From a virus: 64,000 nucleotides of DNA. The stretch is from positions 1 to 64,000 of the IMG/VR virus record IMGVR_UViG_3300036845_000721. One strand, given 5' to 3'. The notes under the pieces are model-generated. The model worked only from the letters and a program-made list of their open reading frames with translations. It searched no databases and was not told where the DNA came from. Position 1 is the first letter of the stretch, and each line of letters begins with the position of its first letter. Positions 43,815-52,230 of the stretch are shown here, one piece after another. Made by a program: the position numbers and the translations under genes.

Positions 43815-44452
43815 ACGATCAGGATCAGGCTGTGCTGGACGGCAGCATGGGCGCCTGGGAGCGCAGCCGCCCGCCCGGGATTCTCCGGCAGGCACGGCTG
43901 CTGCCGCCCGGCATGCGCTGCACGGCGTACTGGTACTCGGCGCGCCGGGGGCTGCCGACAGCGATGTGCTGCCTGCTGGAGCTGGGATCGCGGGCGGCGC
44001 ACATGGCCCGCCAGGCGGGGCAGGCCACGGTGCGCGTTGCCGAGGGTCCGTTCCTGGTCAACACCTGGCCCGAGGAGTTCTGGGACGCCGCCGCGGCCAC
44101 GATGGACTGGCGCTGGACCGCCTGGCAGTACGCGGCCGGCGCCCGGATGCTCGTCGGTGACAGCAGCGACGCCGAGTTCACCGCCTGCCTGGACCGCTAC
44201 GGCGCCGAGCTGGCCGCGGGCTGCGGGCTACCCCGCCGGCCCGGCCCGGACGGTGAGACGTGGCCGGACTGGATCTGGGGCCGGGTCTCCGGCGCGATGG
44301 CGAACAACGCGGCCGAGTACGGTGACTGGCACCTGGGCAGCCAGGACCTGGACGAGCTGCTGAACGGCGCCGCCTGCGAGATCTACCGGCAGCCGGTCCC
44401 GCGCGGCGACCCGGAGCACCCGCACGGCTACTGGGAAGCCGGCGACTACTAG
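43811..44452 (+). CDS. Hypothetical protein
   Basis: 213 aa, Trp-rich, coupled. Confidence 0.6.
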   Translation: MNDQDQAVLDGSMGAWERSRPPGILRQARLLPPGMRCTAYWYSARRGLPTAMCCLLELGSRAAHMARQAGQATVRVAEGPFLVNTWPEEFWDAAAATMDWRWTAWQYAAGARMLVGDSSDAEFTACLDRYGAELAAGCGLPRRPGPDGETWPDWIWGRVSGAMANNAAEYGDWHLGSQDLDELLNGAACEIYRQPVPRGDPEHPHGYWEAGDY

Positions 44453-44461
44453 GCTGGGGCC

Positions 44462-45379
44462 ATGGCACTGGTAGCGCGCGGTTACGACTGCTCGTGGGAT
44501 CCTCCCGACCAGCAGTGCATGAAGAACGCCGGGTACGCGTTCATGGTCCGGTACGCGTCACGAGACCCGTCGCAGGCAGGCAAGAACCTGACCCGGGCCG
44601 AGCTCGATTCAGCGCTGGCGAAGGGCCTCGGGGTCTGCGTGGTCTGGCAGGATTCCAAGTCGCAGATGAAGGGCGGCTACTCGGCCGGCACCTCGCACGC
44701 CGGCAGCGCGGACTCATTCGTGCGGGGCCTGGGCCTGGGCGGTATCCCGGTTTACTTCGCGTGCGACTTCGATCCCGTCTCGTCCGACTGGGCCGCGGTC
44801 GACGGCTACTGCGACGGGGTGAAAGCGGTGCTCGGGAAGTCCCGGGCCGGGGGATACGGCGGTTACAGCTTCATCAAGCGCGAGCTGGACGCGGGCCGGA
44901 TCACCTGGGCCTGGCAAACCTACGCTTGGAGCGGCAGCCCGACGACGTGGGACGCCCGCGCCCAGATGCGCCAGGTGAAAAACGATTACGCCCGCTGTGA
45001 CGGCTACATCGATGACGACGAGGCGCACGCCGCCGACTACGGCCAGTGGCCCCGCCCGGCCGCCGCCGCCCCGCAGCAGGCCGAGGCACTGGACCCGGTG
45101 TGCCTGCCGCCCCGGGCCGTGTCAGGCCGGCAGGTCTCCGTCTGCCTGAACGGCCCGCACCGCGACTTCGGGATCTGCGTGGACGCCTCCGTGCTGCAGG
45201 GCTCGGTGCACATCCGGGCCGCGCTGCACCTCATCAGCGGCGGCTGGCACGTCATCCAGGTCTACGCCGACCCCGGGCACGACCGGGTGGTGGTCAGCCC
45301 GCCGTCGCCCTACGACGGCGCCAGCCTGCACCGGCAGGACGACCAGCCGGTGGACGTCTGGCCGGTGTTCACGGCGTAA
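44462..45379 (+). CDS. Second lysin: DUF1906/GH25-like glycoside hydrolase with the same C-terminal domain as the amidase
   Basis: YAFMVRY...KNLTRAE...VVWQ...IPVYFACDFD...AGGYG...WAWQTYAWS...D.D; C-terminal domain homologous to 9196-9501. Confidence 0.85.
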   Translation: MALVARGYDCSWDPPDQQCMKNAGYAFMVRYASRDPSQAGKNLTRAELDSALAKGLGVCVVWQDSKSQMKGGYSAGTSHAGSADSFVRGLGLGGIPVYFACDFDPVSSDWAAVDGYCDGVKAVLGKSRAGGYGGYSFIKRELDAGRITWAWQTYAWSGSPTTWDARAQMRQVKNDYARCDGYIDDDEAHAADYGQWPRPAAAAPQQAEALDPVCLPPRAVSGRQVSVCLNGPHRDFGICVDASVLQGSVHIRAALHLISGGWHVIQVYADPGHDRVVVSPPSPYDGASLHRQDDQPVDVWPVFTA

Positions 45380-45381
45380 CG

Positions 45382-45606
45382 TCAGCCGTCCTCTCCGAAC
45401 AGCCGGACCAGGGCGCGCCCCAGCTCGGCTGCCTCCTCGCGCGGCATCTGGAACTCGCCCCGTTCGGCGCCCGCCGGCCCGAGTACCGCGAACCGGATCG
45501 TCCTGGTTTCGAGCCTGGGCGGCATCTCGCTGCCGTCCGCGTGGTCATCCACCTGGACGGCGAGCGTCCTGCCGCCCTCGCAGGCGGTTTCCTTGACGGT
45601 GATCAT
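45382..45606 (-). CDS. Hypothetical protein
   Basis: Motif at 45610-45619. Confidence 0.55.
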   Translation of the reverse strand: MITVKETACEGGRTLAVQVDDHADGSEMPPRLETRTIRFAVLGPAGAERGEFQMPREEAAELGRALVRLFGEDG

Positions 45607-46163
45607 GTGCTGTCTCCTGTTCTGGTGATGGTTAACTGAATCGCCCGGACCCGCTGCCATACCGGCTTCGGCTCGGCCAGCCCGGCCTGGATCAGCTTGG
45701 TGCGCCGGTCGCCGAGCGTCCAGGCGACCGCCGCGGCCAGGTTGAGGCAGCCGTCGGCAGGCAGCGTGACGAACTGCCGGCAGACCGCCCGGATCCCGGT
45801 GTGCTGTTCCTCCTCCAGCGAGCCGTCCTCCGGCCCGAACACGTACAGCGCATTCTCCGGGTGCTCGAACCAGGCCAGGTCCTGCGCGGTGCGGCTGATC
45901 TCCACCGCGACCGGCTCCGTGCCCGGCGGGAACTCCTCCAGCCAGCGGTACGGGTCCGCCGGGAGCAGCTGCGTGGTGTACCGGGGCATCCGCTCCTCGC
46001 GCGGCAGCCGGCTCATCGCCCGCCACTCGGCTTCCGCCCGGTTGCCGGTGTACCACAGCTGCGCCACGCCCAGGCAGGCGCAGGTCCGCAGCGCCTTGCC
46101 GACGTTCCCGGCTTTTTTCGGGTCGATCAGCAGTACCGCCGGCGTGATTCCCTGGCTGGTCAT
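45603..46163 (-). CDS. Stand-alone SPOUT (SpoU/TrmH family) RNA methyltransferase
   Basis: LIDPKKAGNVG..LR.C..LG, VAVE, YVFGPEDGSL, CLNLAAA. Confidence 0.8.
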   Translation of the reverse strand: MTSQGITPAVLLIDPKKAGNVGKALRTCACLGVAQLWYTGNRAEAEWRAMSRLPREERMPRYTTQLLPADPYRWLEEFPPGTEPVAVEISRTAQDLAWFEHPENALYVFGPEDGSLEEEQHTGIRAVCRQFVTLPADGCLNLAAAVAWTLGDRRTKLIQAGLAEPKPVWQRVRAIQLTITRTGDST

Positions 46164-46558
46164 GACCGTACCTGCGTCCGGTCGTACAGCGGGACGTACT
46201 GGCCGATCATCGCGTGCTCCCGGCAGCCGGTTTCGGAGCACGCGATGAACCGCCCGTTCTGGAGGTGGGCCAGCCGCTCGCCCAGGCAGCAGGCGCAGGA
46301 CGGCCGGGCGTGGATGTGCTCGGCCAGGCAGCCGACCGTTACCGTGAAGATCGCGTAGTGGCGGCACGGCCCGTCGCCAGCCAGCCAGGCTCCGCACCGC
46401 CGGGCCGGGTCCGGGCCGCCCAGGAAGGCCTGCAGCGTGACCGGGTAGCCCGGGTCCTCCCACGGGTCCGGGTCCTCCCAGTATTCCGCGATCTGGCTGA
46501 TCTGGCCGTCGCAGCCGGCGGCCAGCGTCTCCAGCAGCGTTTCCGTGACGGTGATCAT
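46160..46558 (-). CDS. Cys-rich hypothetical protein
   Basis: Several Cys/His pairs; motif upstream. Confidence 0.55.
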   Translation of the reverse strand: MITVTETLLETLAAGCDGQISQIAEYWEDPDPWEDPGYPVTLQAFLGGPDPARRCGAWLAGDGPCRHYAIFTVTVGCLAEHIHARPSCACCLGERLAHLQNGRFIACSETGCREHAMIGQYVPLYDRTQVRS

Positions 46559-46615
46559 GGTCGTGTCTCCTGTTCGCTTATCCTGACAGTGCCGCAGCGG
46601 CATGGTTAACCGCCA

Positions 46616-46687
46616 GTCTCGTGCGGTGCCGGTTTCGGGGACGGAGCCATCTGCGGCCGTCCATTCCGGGCCGGGGCCGCACGGGAC
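46616..46687. other. Long imperfect intergenic hairpin
   Basis: 12-bp outer stem 46616-46627 / 46676-46687; inner GGACGG / CCGTCC. Confidence 0.45.
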
Positions 46688-46693
46688 GCCAGC

Positions 46694-46939
46694 TCATCCG
46701 GCGCAGTCGATGACCGTCATCGGCCAGTACCGGGCGACCTCGGTCGCGCCGCCGTCCCGGACGTGCAGGATCTCCCAGCCCGTGCCGACGGGCAGCCCGC
46801 GAATGTGCTGCGCTAGCTCCCCGGGCAGGGTGAACCGGCGGGTGGTCTCCGGGTCCGGGTGCGGATAGCCCCGGATGATGTACTCGTCGCCTTCGCGGTC
46901 CGGTTCCATCAGCGTGGACTTGCCGTCTGCCATGATCAT
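46694..46939 (-). CDS. Hypothetical protein
   Basis: 81 aa, coupled. Confidence 0.5.
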   Translation of the reverse strand: MIMADGKSTLMEPDREGDEYIIRGYPHPDPETTRRFTLPGELAQHIRGLPVGTGWEILHVRDGGATEVARYWPMTVIDCAG

Positions 46940-47208
46940 GATCGCTCCCCCGCCGTTACGGGTTCCTCGGCCGCCGCCTTGTCCGTGGGCCGCCAGTGGT
47001 AGGCGGAGCCCGTGCCGATGTCGGTGACGAAGCCGCGCGCCTGCAGGTGCGTGAGCTCGGCGTTGGCCGTGGTCCGGCTGAGCCCGGTCGCGGCCGAGAC
47101 CTGGCGGGTGTTCACGGTCCGGCCGGCCGCGGCCAGGCGGCAGACTGCCCGGTAGATGTCCATCTCCCGGCCGGTCAGGTACTCGGCGCCGTCCTTGAGG
47201 TACGTCAC
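46936..47208 (-). CDS. Winged-helix DNA-binding protein
   Basis: LTGREMDIY...TRQVSAATGLSRTTANAELTHLQARGFV. Confidence 0.7.
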   Translation of the reverse strand: MTYLKDGAEYLTGREMDIYRAVCRLAAAGRTVNTRQVSAATGLSRTTANAELTHLQARGFVTDIGTGSAYHWRPTDKAAAEEPVTAGERS

Positions 47209-47534
47209 GTGCTGCCTCCTGTCTCGGATGTCCCGGTCGGCGGCGGCCCGTAGGCGCAGACCGAGATGTGTGCGTACAGCTGGTCCCCGGCCGCGATCGC
47301 GGTCTGCTGGTCAGCGGTCAGCGGGACTATCTGGTCGGTGGTCAGCGCCCGGGCGTTCCTGGCTTCCGCGTCGATCGTGGAGAAGACCTGGTACGGGGTC
47401 TGGACGGCCAGCCGGCCGGCGTCCCAGCCGGTGAGCATGGCCGCGTGCGCGATCGCCTCGGTCTCCAGCTCGGCCGGGGTGTGCCCGGTGACCAGGACCT
47501 GCTCGGTGATGAACCGGGGTGTGCGGTCTTCCAT
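47205..47534 (-). CDS. Hypothetical protein
   Basis: Motif at 47538 plus palindrome. Confidence 0.6.
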   Translation of the reverse strand: MEDRTPRFITEQVLVTGHTPAELETEAIAHAAMLTGWDAGRLAVQTPYQVFSTIDAEARNARALTTDQIVPLTADQQTAIAAGDQLYAHISVCAYGPPPTGTSETGGST

Positions 47535-47557
47535 TGCCTGTCTCCTGTTCCTGAATT

Positions 47558-47573
47558 TTCCGGCTGACCGGAA
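47558..47573. promoter_or_regulatory. Palindrome TTCCGG-CTGA-CCGGAA (extends to ATTTTCCGG...CCGGAAAAT)
   Basis: 9-bp arms; sits between divergent genes. Confidence 0.65.
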
Positions 47574-47633
47574 AATCGTTATTCCCCCCTGCATTCAGGT
47601 TTCCCTGGCGGGAGCGGTCGTTATCGTGGCCGT

Positions 47634-48371
47634 GTGAGTGTCAGGTCCGGGCCGGGCGCCGCGCCGCGCGGCCACCGCTGGGAGCGGTTCGCCCGGATGG
47701 TGGTCGCCCGTTACGGCGGGCTGTGCCATCTCTGCGGCCATGGCGGCGCCCGGCAGGCCGACCACGTGATCTCGGTGGCCGACCGGCCGGACCTGGCCTG
47801 GGACATGTCCAACTGCCGGCCCGCGCACGGCGCGCCCGGCAACCCGTGCCCGGTGTGCTCCCCGAAGGCCGGCAAGCCGGTGAACTGCAACCAGCTTCGC
47901 GGCCCGATGAGTATCGAGCGGGCGAAGCGGATCATCGCCGAGCTGACCGGCGGCGGCCAGCACGCCCGGCCCCAGGCCCGGCCGGAACCGGACCCGGGAG
48001 CCGGGCGCGACTGGTTACGCCAGCTTGTCCATGTCCGGCGTTGCGCGGAATGCCTTGAAGCCGATGTTGTTAGCTCCGCACGCGGACAGCGGGATGCCGA
48101 GTTCTCCGCCGAAGTTGCCGGCCCCGTTGGGGTTGTAGTCCATGATCACCTCCTCCCGAGAGTGCCGGGCGGGCCGTACCGGACCGGGTCCGGGACTTTC
48201 GCCCAGTCGATGCGGATTGTTACCGCGTCATGGTCGCCCTCGGTGTCGGGGGTGATCACGATCGCGTCCTCGGGAAGCGAGTTCAGGATCCAGTCCAGCG
48301 CCAGTCCGGCACAGACCCGCTCGCTGGCGATCTGGGTGACGCCGGGTTCGTTGCGGCGCAGCTTCCGGTAG
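47634..48371 (+). CDS. HNH endonuclease (recognisable part ends at GRDW, 48014)
   Basis: CHLC...ADHV...NCRPAH...C..C...CNQ.RG. Confidence 0.8.
   Translation: MSVRSGPGAAPRGHRWERFARMVVARYGGLCHLCGHGGARQADHVISVADRPDLAWDMSNCRPAHGAPGNPCPVCSPKAGKPVNCNQLRGPMSIERAKRIIAELTGGGQHARPQARPEPDPGAGRDWLRQLVHVRRCAECLEADVVSSARGQRDAEFSAEVAGPVGVVVHDHLLPRVPGGPYRTGSGTFAQSMRIVTASWSPSVSGVITIASSGSEFRIQSSASPAQTRSLAIWVTPGSLRRSFR
48015..48143 (-). CDS. 42-aa peptide
   Basis: GGAGGAGGTG SD; MDYNPNGAGNFGGELG...DKLA-TAA. Confidence 0.5.
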   Translation of the reverse strand: MDYNPNGAGNFGGELGIPLSACGANNIGFKAFRATPDMDKLA

Positions 48372-48427
48372 GTGGTGAGCCGGAAGCTGACTGCCGGGAC
48401 TGTCTCCTGCTGGCTGCTGGTTGTCAT
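48146..48427 (-). CDS. Hypothetical protein
   Basis: CAGGAG SD, coupled. Confidence 0.55.
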   Translation of the reverse strand: MTTSSQQETVPAVSFRLTTYRKLRRNEPGVTQIASERVCAGLALDWILNSLPEDAIVITPDTEGDHDAVTIRIDWAKVPDPVRYGPPGTLGRR

Positions 48428-48693
48428 CGCTGCTCCTGTCCTGATTGCGGCGGGCTGTCGGGCAGGTCCCGCACGTATCCGGCCTTCGTCCGCCAGCGGC
48501 GGTGGCAGGCACCGCACCGGCACTCGGACCAGGCCGACCGGGTGAAGTGGTAGCCGTTGAACGCGGAGCTGTTGCCCTCGCGCACGGCGACCCACCAGGA
48601 GGCCCGGTGCTCCCGGGCGCACTCCTGCTGGCGCTTGTGGTCTTGCTCCTGGATGCGCCTGTCGACGGCGGCCAGTGCCGGGTCGATGCTCAC
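48424..48693 (-). CDS. Hypothetical protein with CxxC
   Basis: S.C.C..C...WRT.A.YV..LPD. Confidence 0.55.
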   Translation of the reverse strand: MSIDPALAAVDRRIQEQDHKRQQECAREHRASWWVAVREGNSSAFNGYHFTRSAWSECRCGACHRRWRTKAGYVRDLPDSPPQSGQEQR

Positions 48694-50672
48694 GAGCCCG
48701 CCGAGACCGGGTGCCTAGCGTCGCTGAACGCCCCGATCTGCTGGCTGGAGGCGGCGGCGGTGAACTTGTTCACGGTCAGGGTCACCGGGTCGCCGGGCTG
48801 GGCCAGCACGATCGCCGGGCCGAGCTGGCTGGTGCCGGTGTAGACCACGGCGTAATCCGGCTTGCCGCCGGGGCCGCACAGCGTGAGATAGTAGGTTTCG
48901 TTGCCGCCGGAGGTGTCGGACGCCTTTCCGCAGACGGTCCCGGTGCGGGTGACGGTGGACACGCCCGCCCCCGGCTGCGTGCCGGCGCTGCTGCCCTGGG
49001 CGAGCTGCTGCTGGTAGTTGGCCAGCGCCGCGTCCCGGCTGTTCCCGGCGGCCACGGCCGACCCGGACACGTTGTAGGCCGACACGAAGCCGACCGCGGT
49101 GAACGTGGGGTTGGCTACCGGCGGCTCGCCGGTCCCGCACGGGTCGCCCTGGTCGCCCTCCTGCTGCGCCGGGGCGCTGCCCGACGTCGTACCGGTGCCT
49201 GGCTCGTAACTGACCATCCAGGTCAGCTGGCCGTAGATCTCGTGCAGGGTCATGGCCTCGGGGACCAGGTGGCTGGACCTGACGTTGACCGCCCCGGAGC
49301 CCTGGCCGTTCGCGCCGACGCCCTGCGCGTTGCAGAACGCGCTGCCGACCGAGGTCTCGGTGGCCATCGGGCCGGCCGGGGTGTAGACCTGGATCGACCC
49401 GGTTGCCGAGTTCATCTCCAGGATCCGGTAGGTGGACACGTCGCTGCCGTGGCTGGTCAGCAGCATCCGCCAGGACGGGTTCTCGGCTCCCGTGTAGACC
49501 AGCACCGGGTCGCCGGAGACCGTGAACCGGTTGGTGTAGCCGGTGCCGCCCCACGCGCGGCGGGAGTTCTCGCCGTACCAGTCCCCGATGGTCGCGGCCA
49601 TTGACTGGCTGTAGACCCGGTCCACCCAGACCGGGAGGGGCGGGTAGCCGCCGCCGGCCGCGGCGGTCCGGCCGGGCAGCGCGTAGCGGGTGACCTGCCC
49701 GGTGTGCGCGTTGATCAGCAGCACGCCGACCGGCGCGAAGAACGTCCAGCCGACCTGCGGCCGGAGCAGCGTGACGGAGTAGTACGGGACCGGGTCGCAC
49801 AGCTGCGCCGTGCCGTCGGGGCCGCACCCGTCCGGGATCTCCAGCGTCGGGTTGTCCAGCAGGTAGCCGGAATACCCGTGGGTGCGCGCCCACCGGTCCG
49901 GTTCCGAGCCCTGGCCGCCGCCGAGGATGACGGTCATCGACGCGTTCGGGTACTGCGGCGCGTACCGCTCGATCACGGTGCCCGGCCCGCCCGGGTTCTC
50001 GCCGGAGACCATGATGTAGCCGGGGCTCTTGCCGTGCAGCTTGCCCTCCAGCGGGAAGGCGTACCACATGTGGCCGTTGACCCGCTGCAGCGTGGCCGGG
50101 CCGAGGTGCAGGTAGCTGGCGAAGCCCAGGGTTCCCGCGAGCCCGGAGCTCATCGCCTGCGACGCCCGGGTGTACGCCTCGTCCGGGGTGACGACCACCA
50201 GGTTGGTGGTGACGGACGCCGGCAGCGTGCCGGGCGGGTTCTCATTGACGCGCACGATGCCGTACGCCTCCACCGGGCAGTGCTGCCCGTTGGAGCCGAT
50301 CCCGGAGTTCGCCGACGGGCACGCCACCAGGCCGTGGCCGGAGCCGTGCCCGTTGATCCAGACGCCGCCGGCCACGAGCAGCACGATGAGCGGGACGACC
50401 GTGCCGGCGCTCACCGACTGCGCCGCCCCGTCCGCGATCCAGCAGACGAGCATGACGGTCGCGATGTTGAGCAGGACCAGCGGCAGCAGGCCGCTGAAGG
50501 TCATCATCGGCCGGGTGTGCACTGCCCAGTCCTCCATGAGGACGAGGAAGAACGTGAGGATGAAGGCAACGGCGGCTGCCGCGCCCCAGTTCTTGCCGCG
50601 GATCACGGCGAGTACCGCCGCGATCGCCGCGAATATCAGGCTGAAGATCAGCCCGATCCCGATTCCCATCAC
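48690..50672 (-). CDS. Large membrane protein (N-terminal TM helices, extracellular domain)
   Basis: About 4 TM helices then a ~550-aa soluble region; P.WVDRVY motif. Confidence 0.75.
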   Translation of the reverse strand: MMGIGIGLIFSLIFAAIAAVLAVIRGKNWGAAAAVAFILTFFLVLMEDWAVHTRPMMTFSGLLPLVLLNIATVMLVCWIADGAAQSVSAGTVVPLIVLLVAGGVWINGHGSGHGLVACPSANSGIGSNGQHCPVEAYGIVRVNENPPGTLPASVTTNLVVVTPDEAYTRASQAMSSGLAGTLGFASYLHLGPATLQRVNGHMWYAFPLEGKLHGKSPGYIMVSGENPGGPGTVIERYAPQYPNASMTVILGGGQGSEPDRWARTHGYSGYLLDNPTLEIPDGCGPDGTAQLCDPVPYYSVTLLRPQVGWTFFAPVGVLLINAHTGQVTRYALPGRTAAAGGGYPPLPVWVDRVYSQSMAATIGDWYGENSRRAWGGTGYTNRFTVSGDPVLVYTGAENPSWRMLLTSHGSDVSTYRILEMNSATGSIQVYTPAGPMATETSVGSAFCNAQGVGANGQGSGAVNVRSSHLVPEAMTLHEIYGQLTWMVSYEPGTGTTSGSAPAQQEGDQGDPCGTGEPPVANPTFTAVGFVSAYNVSGSAVAAGNSRDAALANYQQQLAQGSSAGTQPGAGVSTVTRTGTVCGKASDTSGGNETYYLTLCGPGGKPDYAVVYTGTSQLGPAIVLAQPGDPVTLTVNKFTAAASSQQIGAFSDARHPVSAGS

Positions 50673-50687
50673 TTGTCTCCTGTTCCT

Positions 50688-51548
50688 TCAGACGCGGTGC
50701 CGGACGGCGACCGCGTGGTCTTCGGGCATGGCGAGAATGTCGCCGGCCTGGTCTATTTCCAGTACCGTGCCCGGGTCGGAAGCCTCGGTGAACGGCTGGG
50801 CGACGCCGACCGTCCAGCTGATCCCGTTCCCGTCGGTGAACGTGACCCGCCCGCCCGCGACCCGGACCGGGAGCACGACGTGACCGCCCGGGTCCAGGCT
50901 CCAGGCCGGGTCGCTCGCCGGAACGGTCCAGGGCGACGGGTAGTACAGGCCGTTGCTGTTCAGCAGCACCAGCGCGCGGGGCGAGCCGGCGGACGGCTGC
51001 GCGACGGCGGGAATCCCCCAGTCGTGCTCGAACTGCTGCAGGACGGTGTCCGCGGCCGGCGGGGCCTGCTGCGGCGCGAACGCGGTCGGCAGCGGCTGGC
51101 TGGCAGCCGGTGACGCTGCCGGACCGCTGCTTTCGGAAAGGACGTGCCAGACGCCTGCTGTAATGAGCCCGATGGCAAAGGCCAGGGCTGCAAGTACGAT
51201 CAGCGCTCTGCGTGGCAGCAGCGGCTCGCGGGGCCGGGTCCGGGGCGCCGGCCGCGGGGTGCGCGGCTGGGGTTCAGCTGTCTGGGTGATGATCGCGTCC
51301 AGCTCGGCGGCCTGCGCCCGGGTCAGCGGCGGGTTCATCTCCCGGTACCCGACCAGCCAGGTGCGGGCGCGGGTCTCCAGCAGGGCGCGCTGCTGCGGCA
51401 CCTGGGCCGCCTGCGCCAGCAGGCCCTCCAGGGTTGTCTCCTCGGCATCCGGCATGAAGACGGCGATCCCGGCGGTGCCGCCGGGCGCCTGCTGCCAGAC
51501 CTGCACCTTGCGCAGGAAGTCCAGCGCCGGGGTGGGATAACTGTTCAC
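50688..51548 (-). CDS. Single-TM protein
   Basis: RRALIVLAALAFAIGLITAGVW. Confidence 0.6.
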   Translation of the reverse strand: MNSYPTPALDFLRKVQVWQQAPGGTAGIAVFMPDAEETTLEGLLAQAAQVPQQRALLETRARTWLVGYREMNPPLTRAQAAELDAIITQTAEPQPRTPRPAPRTRPREPLLPRRALIVLAALAFAIGLITAGVWHVLSESSGPAASPAASQPLPTAFAPQQAPPAADTVLQQFEHDWGIPAVAQPSAGSPRALVLLNSNGLYYPSPWTVPASDPAWSLDPGGHVVLPVRVAGGRVTFTDGNGISWTVGVAQPFTEASDPGTVLEIDQAGDILAMPEDHAVAVRHRV

Positions 51549-51925
51549 GGTTTCCTCCCGGATTTCTCGATCATCTTGGCTACGGGCGGGGTCAGGTAGC
51601 CGGTCAGGATGACGTACGAGCCCTCGTCGCTGTTGCCGCCTGCCTCGTCCCAGAAGACCTGGTACCCGCGGTGTTTCGCATCCAGGAACGCGCGGCATAG
51701 CATTACCGCGGCCCAGTCGCTCCCGGTCCAGTAGGCGACCGCCCAGTCTTTCTGCGGTTCACCTTCGCTGCCGTTCACGGGCTGGAACCGGCCCGCCTGG
51801 ACCTGGGCGGACCATGCAGTGTCCTCATGAGCCGGCACGGCTGCTGCCCAGTAGGCTGCCCACGCCATGCTGCCCTGGATCAGCTCCTCGAAGTCGGCGT
51901 CGTCCATGCGGATCGTGATATTCAT
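51545..51925 (-). CDS. Hypothetical protein
   Basis: GAGGAGG SD. Confidence 0.55.
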   Translation of the reverse strand: MNITIRMDDADFEELIQGSMAWAAYWAAAVPAHEDTAWSAQVQAGRFQPVNGSEGEPQKDWAVAYWTGSDWAAVMLCRAFLDAKHRGYQVFWDEAGGNSDEGSYVILTGYLTPPVAKMIEKSGRKP

Positions 51926-51936
51926 GTGTTTCCTCC

Positions 51937-52230
51937 TCACGTGACCGGGCCGATGTCCTGGCCGCTCCGGTACCAGCGGAAGGTCCGCGACGGGGTGCCG
52001 GGCCGCAGCCGGGTGACGTGCTGCGGCGGCCCGGAAACCGACAGGAACTTCGCCCGGATCATAGCCAGCTCGCAGCCGGGCAGGTCCGGGCCGTAGTACT
52101 CCGGGCCGGTTTCGCCCGGCTCGATCCGGTAGCAGTCCTCCGGGACGGCCGGCGCGCCCGCCCCGGGCGGCTGCTCGGGCACCCGGCTGCGCTTCAGCTC
52201 CGCGACCTCGGCGGTGGTCGTTGCCGTCAT
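51937..52230 (-). CDS. Hypothetical protein
   Basis: 97 aa, coupled. Confidence 0.5.
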   Translation of the reverse strand: MTATTTAEVAELKRSRVPEQPPGAGAPAVPEDCYRIEPGETGPEYYGPDLPGCELAMIRAKFLSVSGPPQHVTRLRPGTPSRTFRWYRSGQDIGPVT

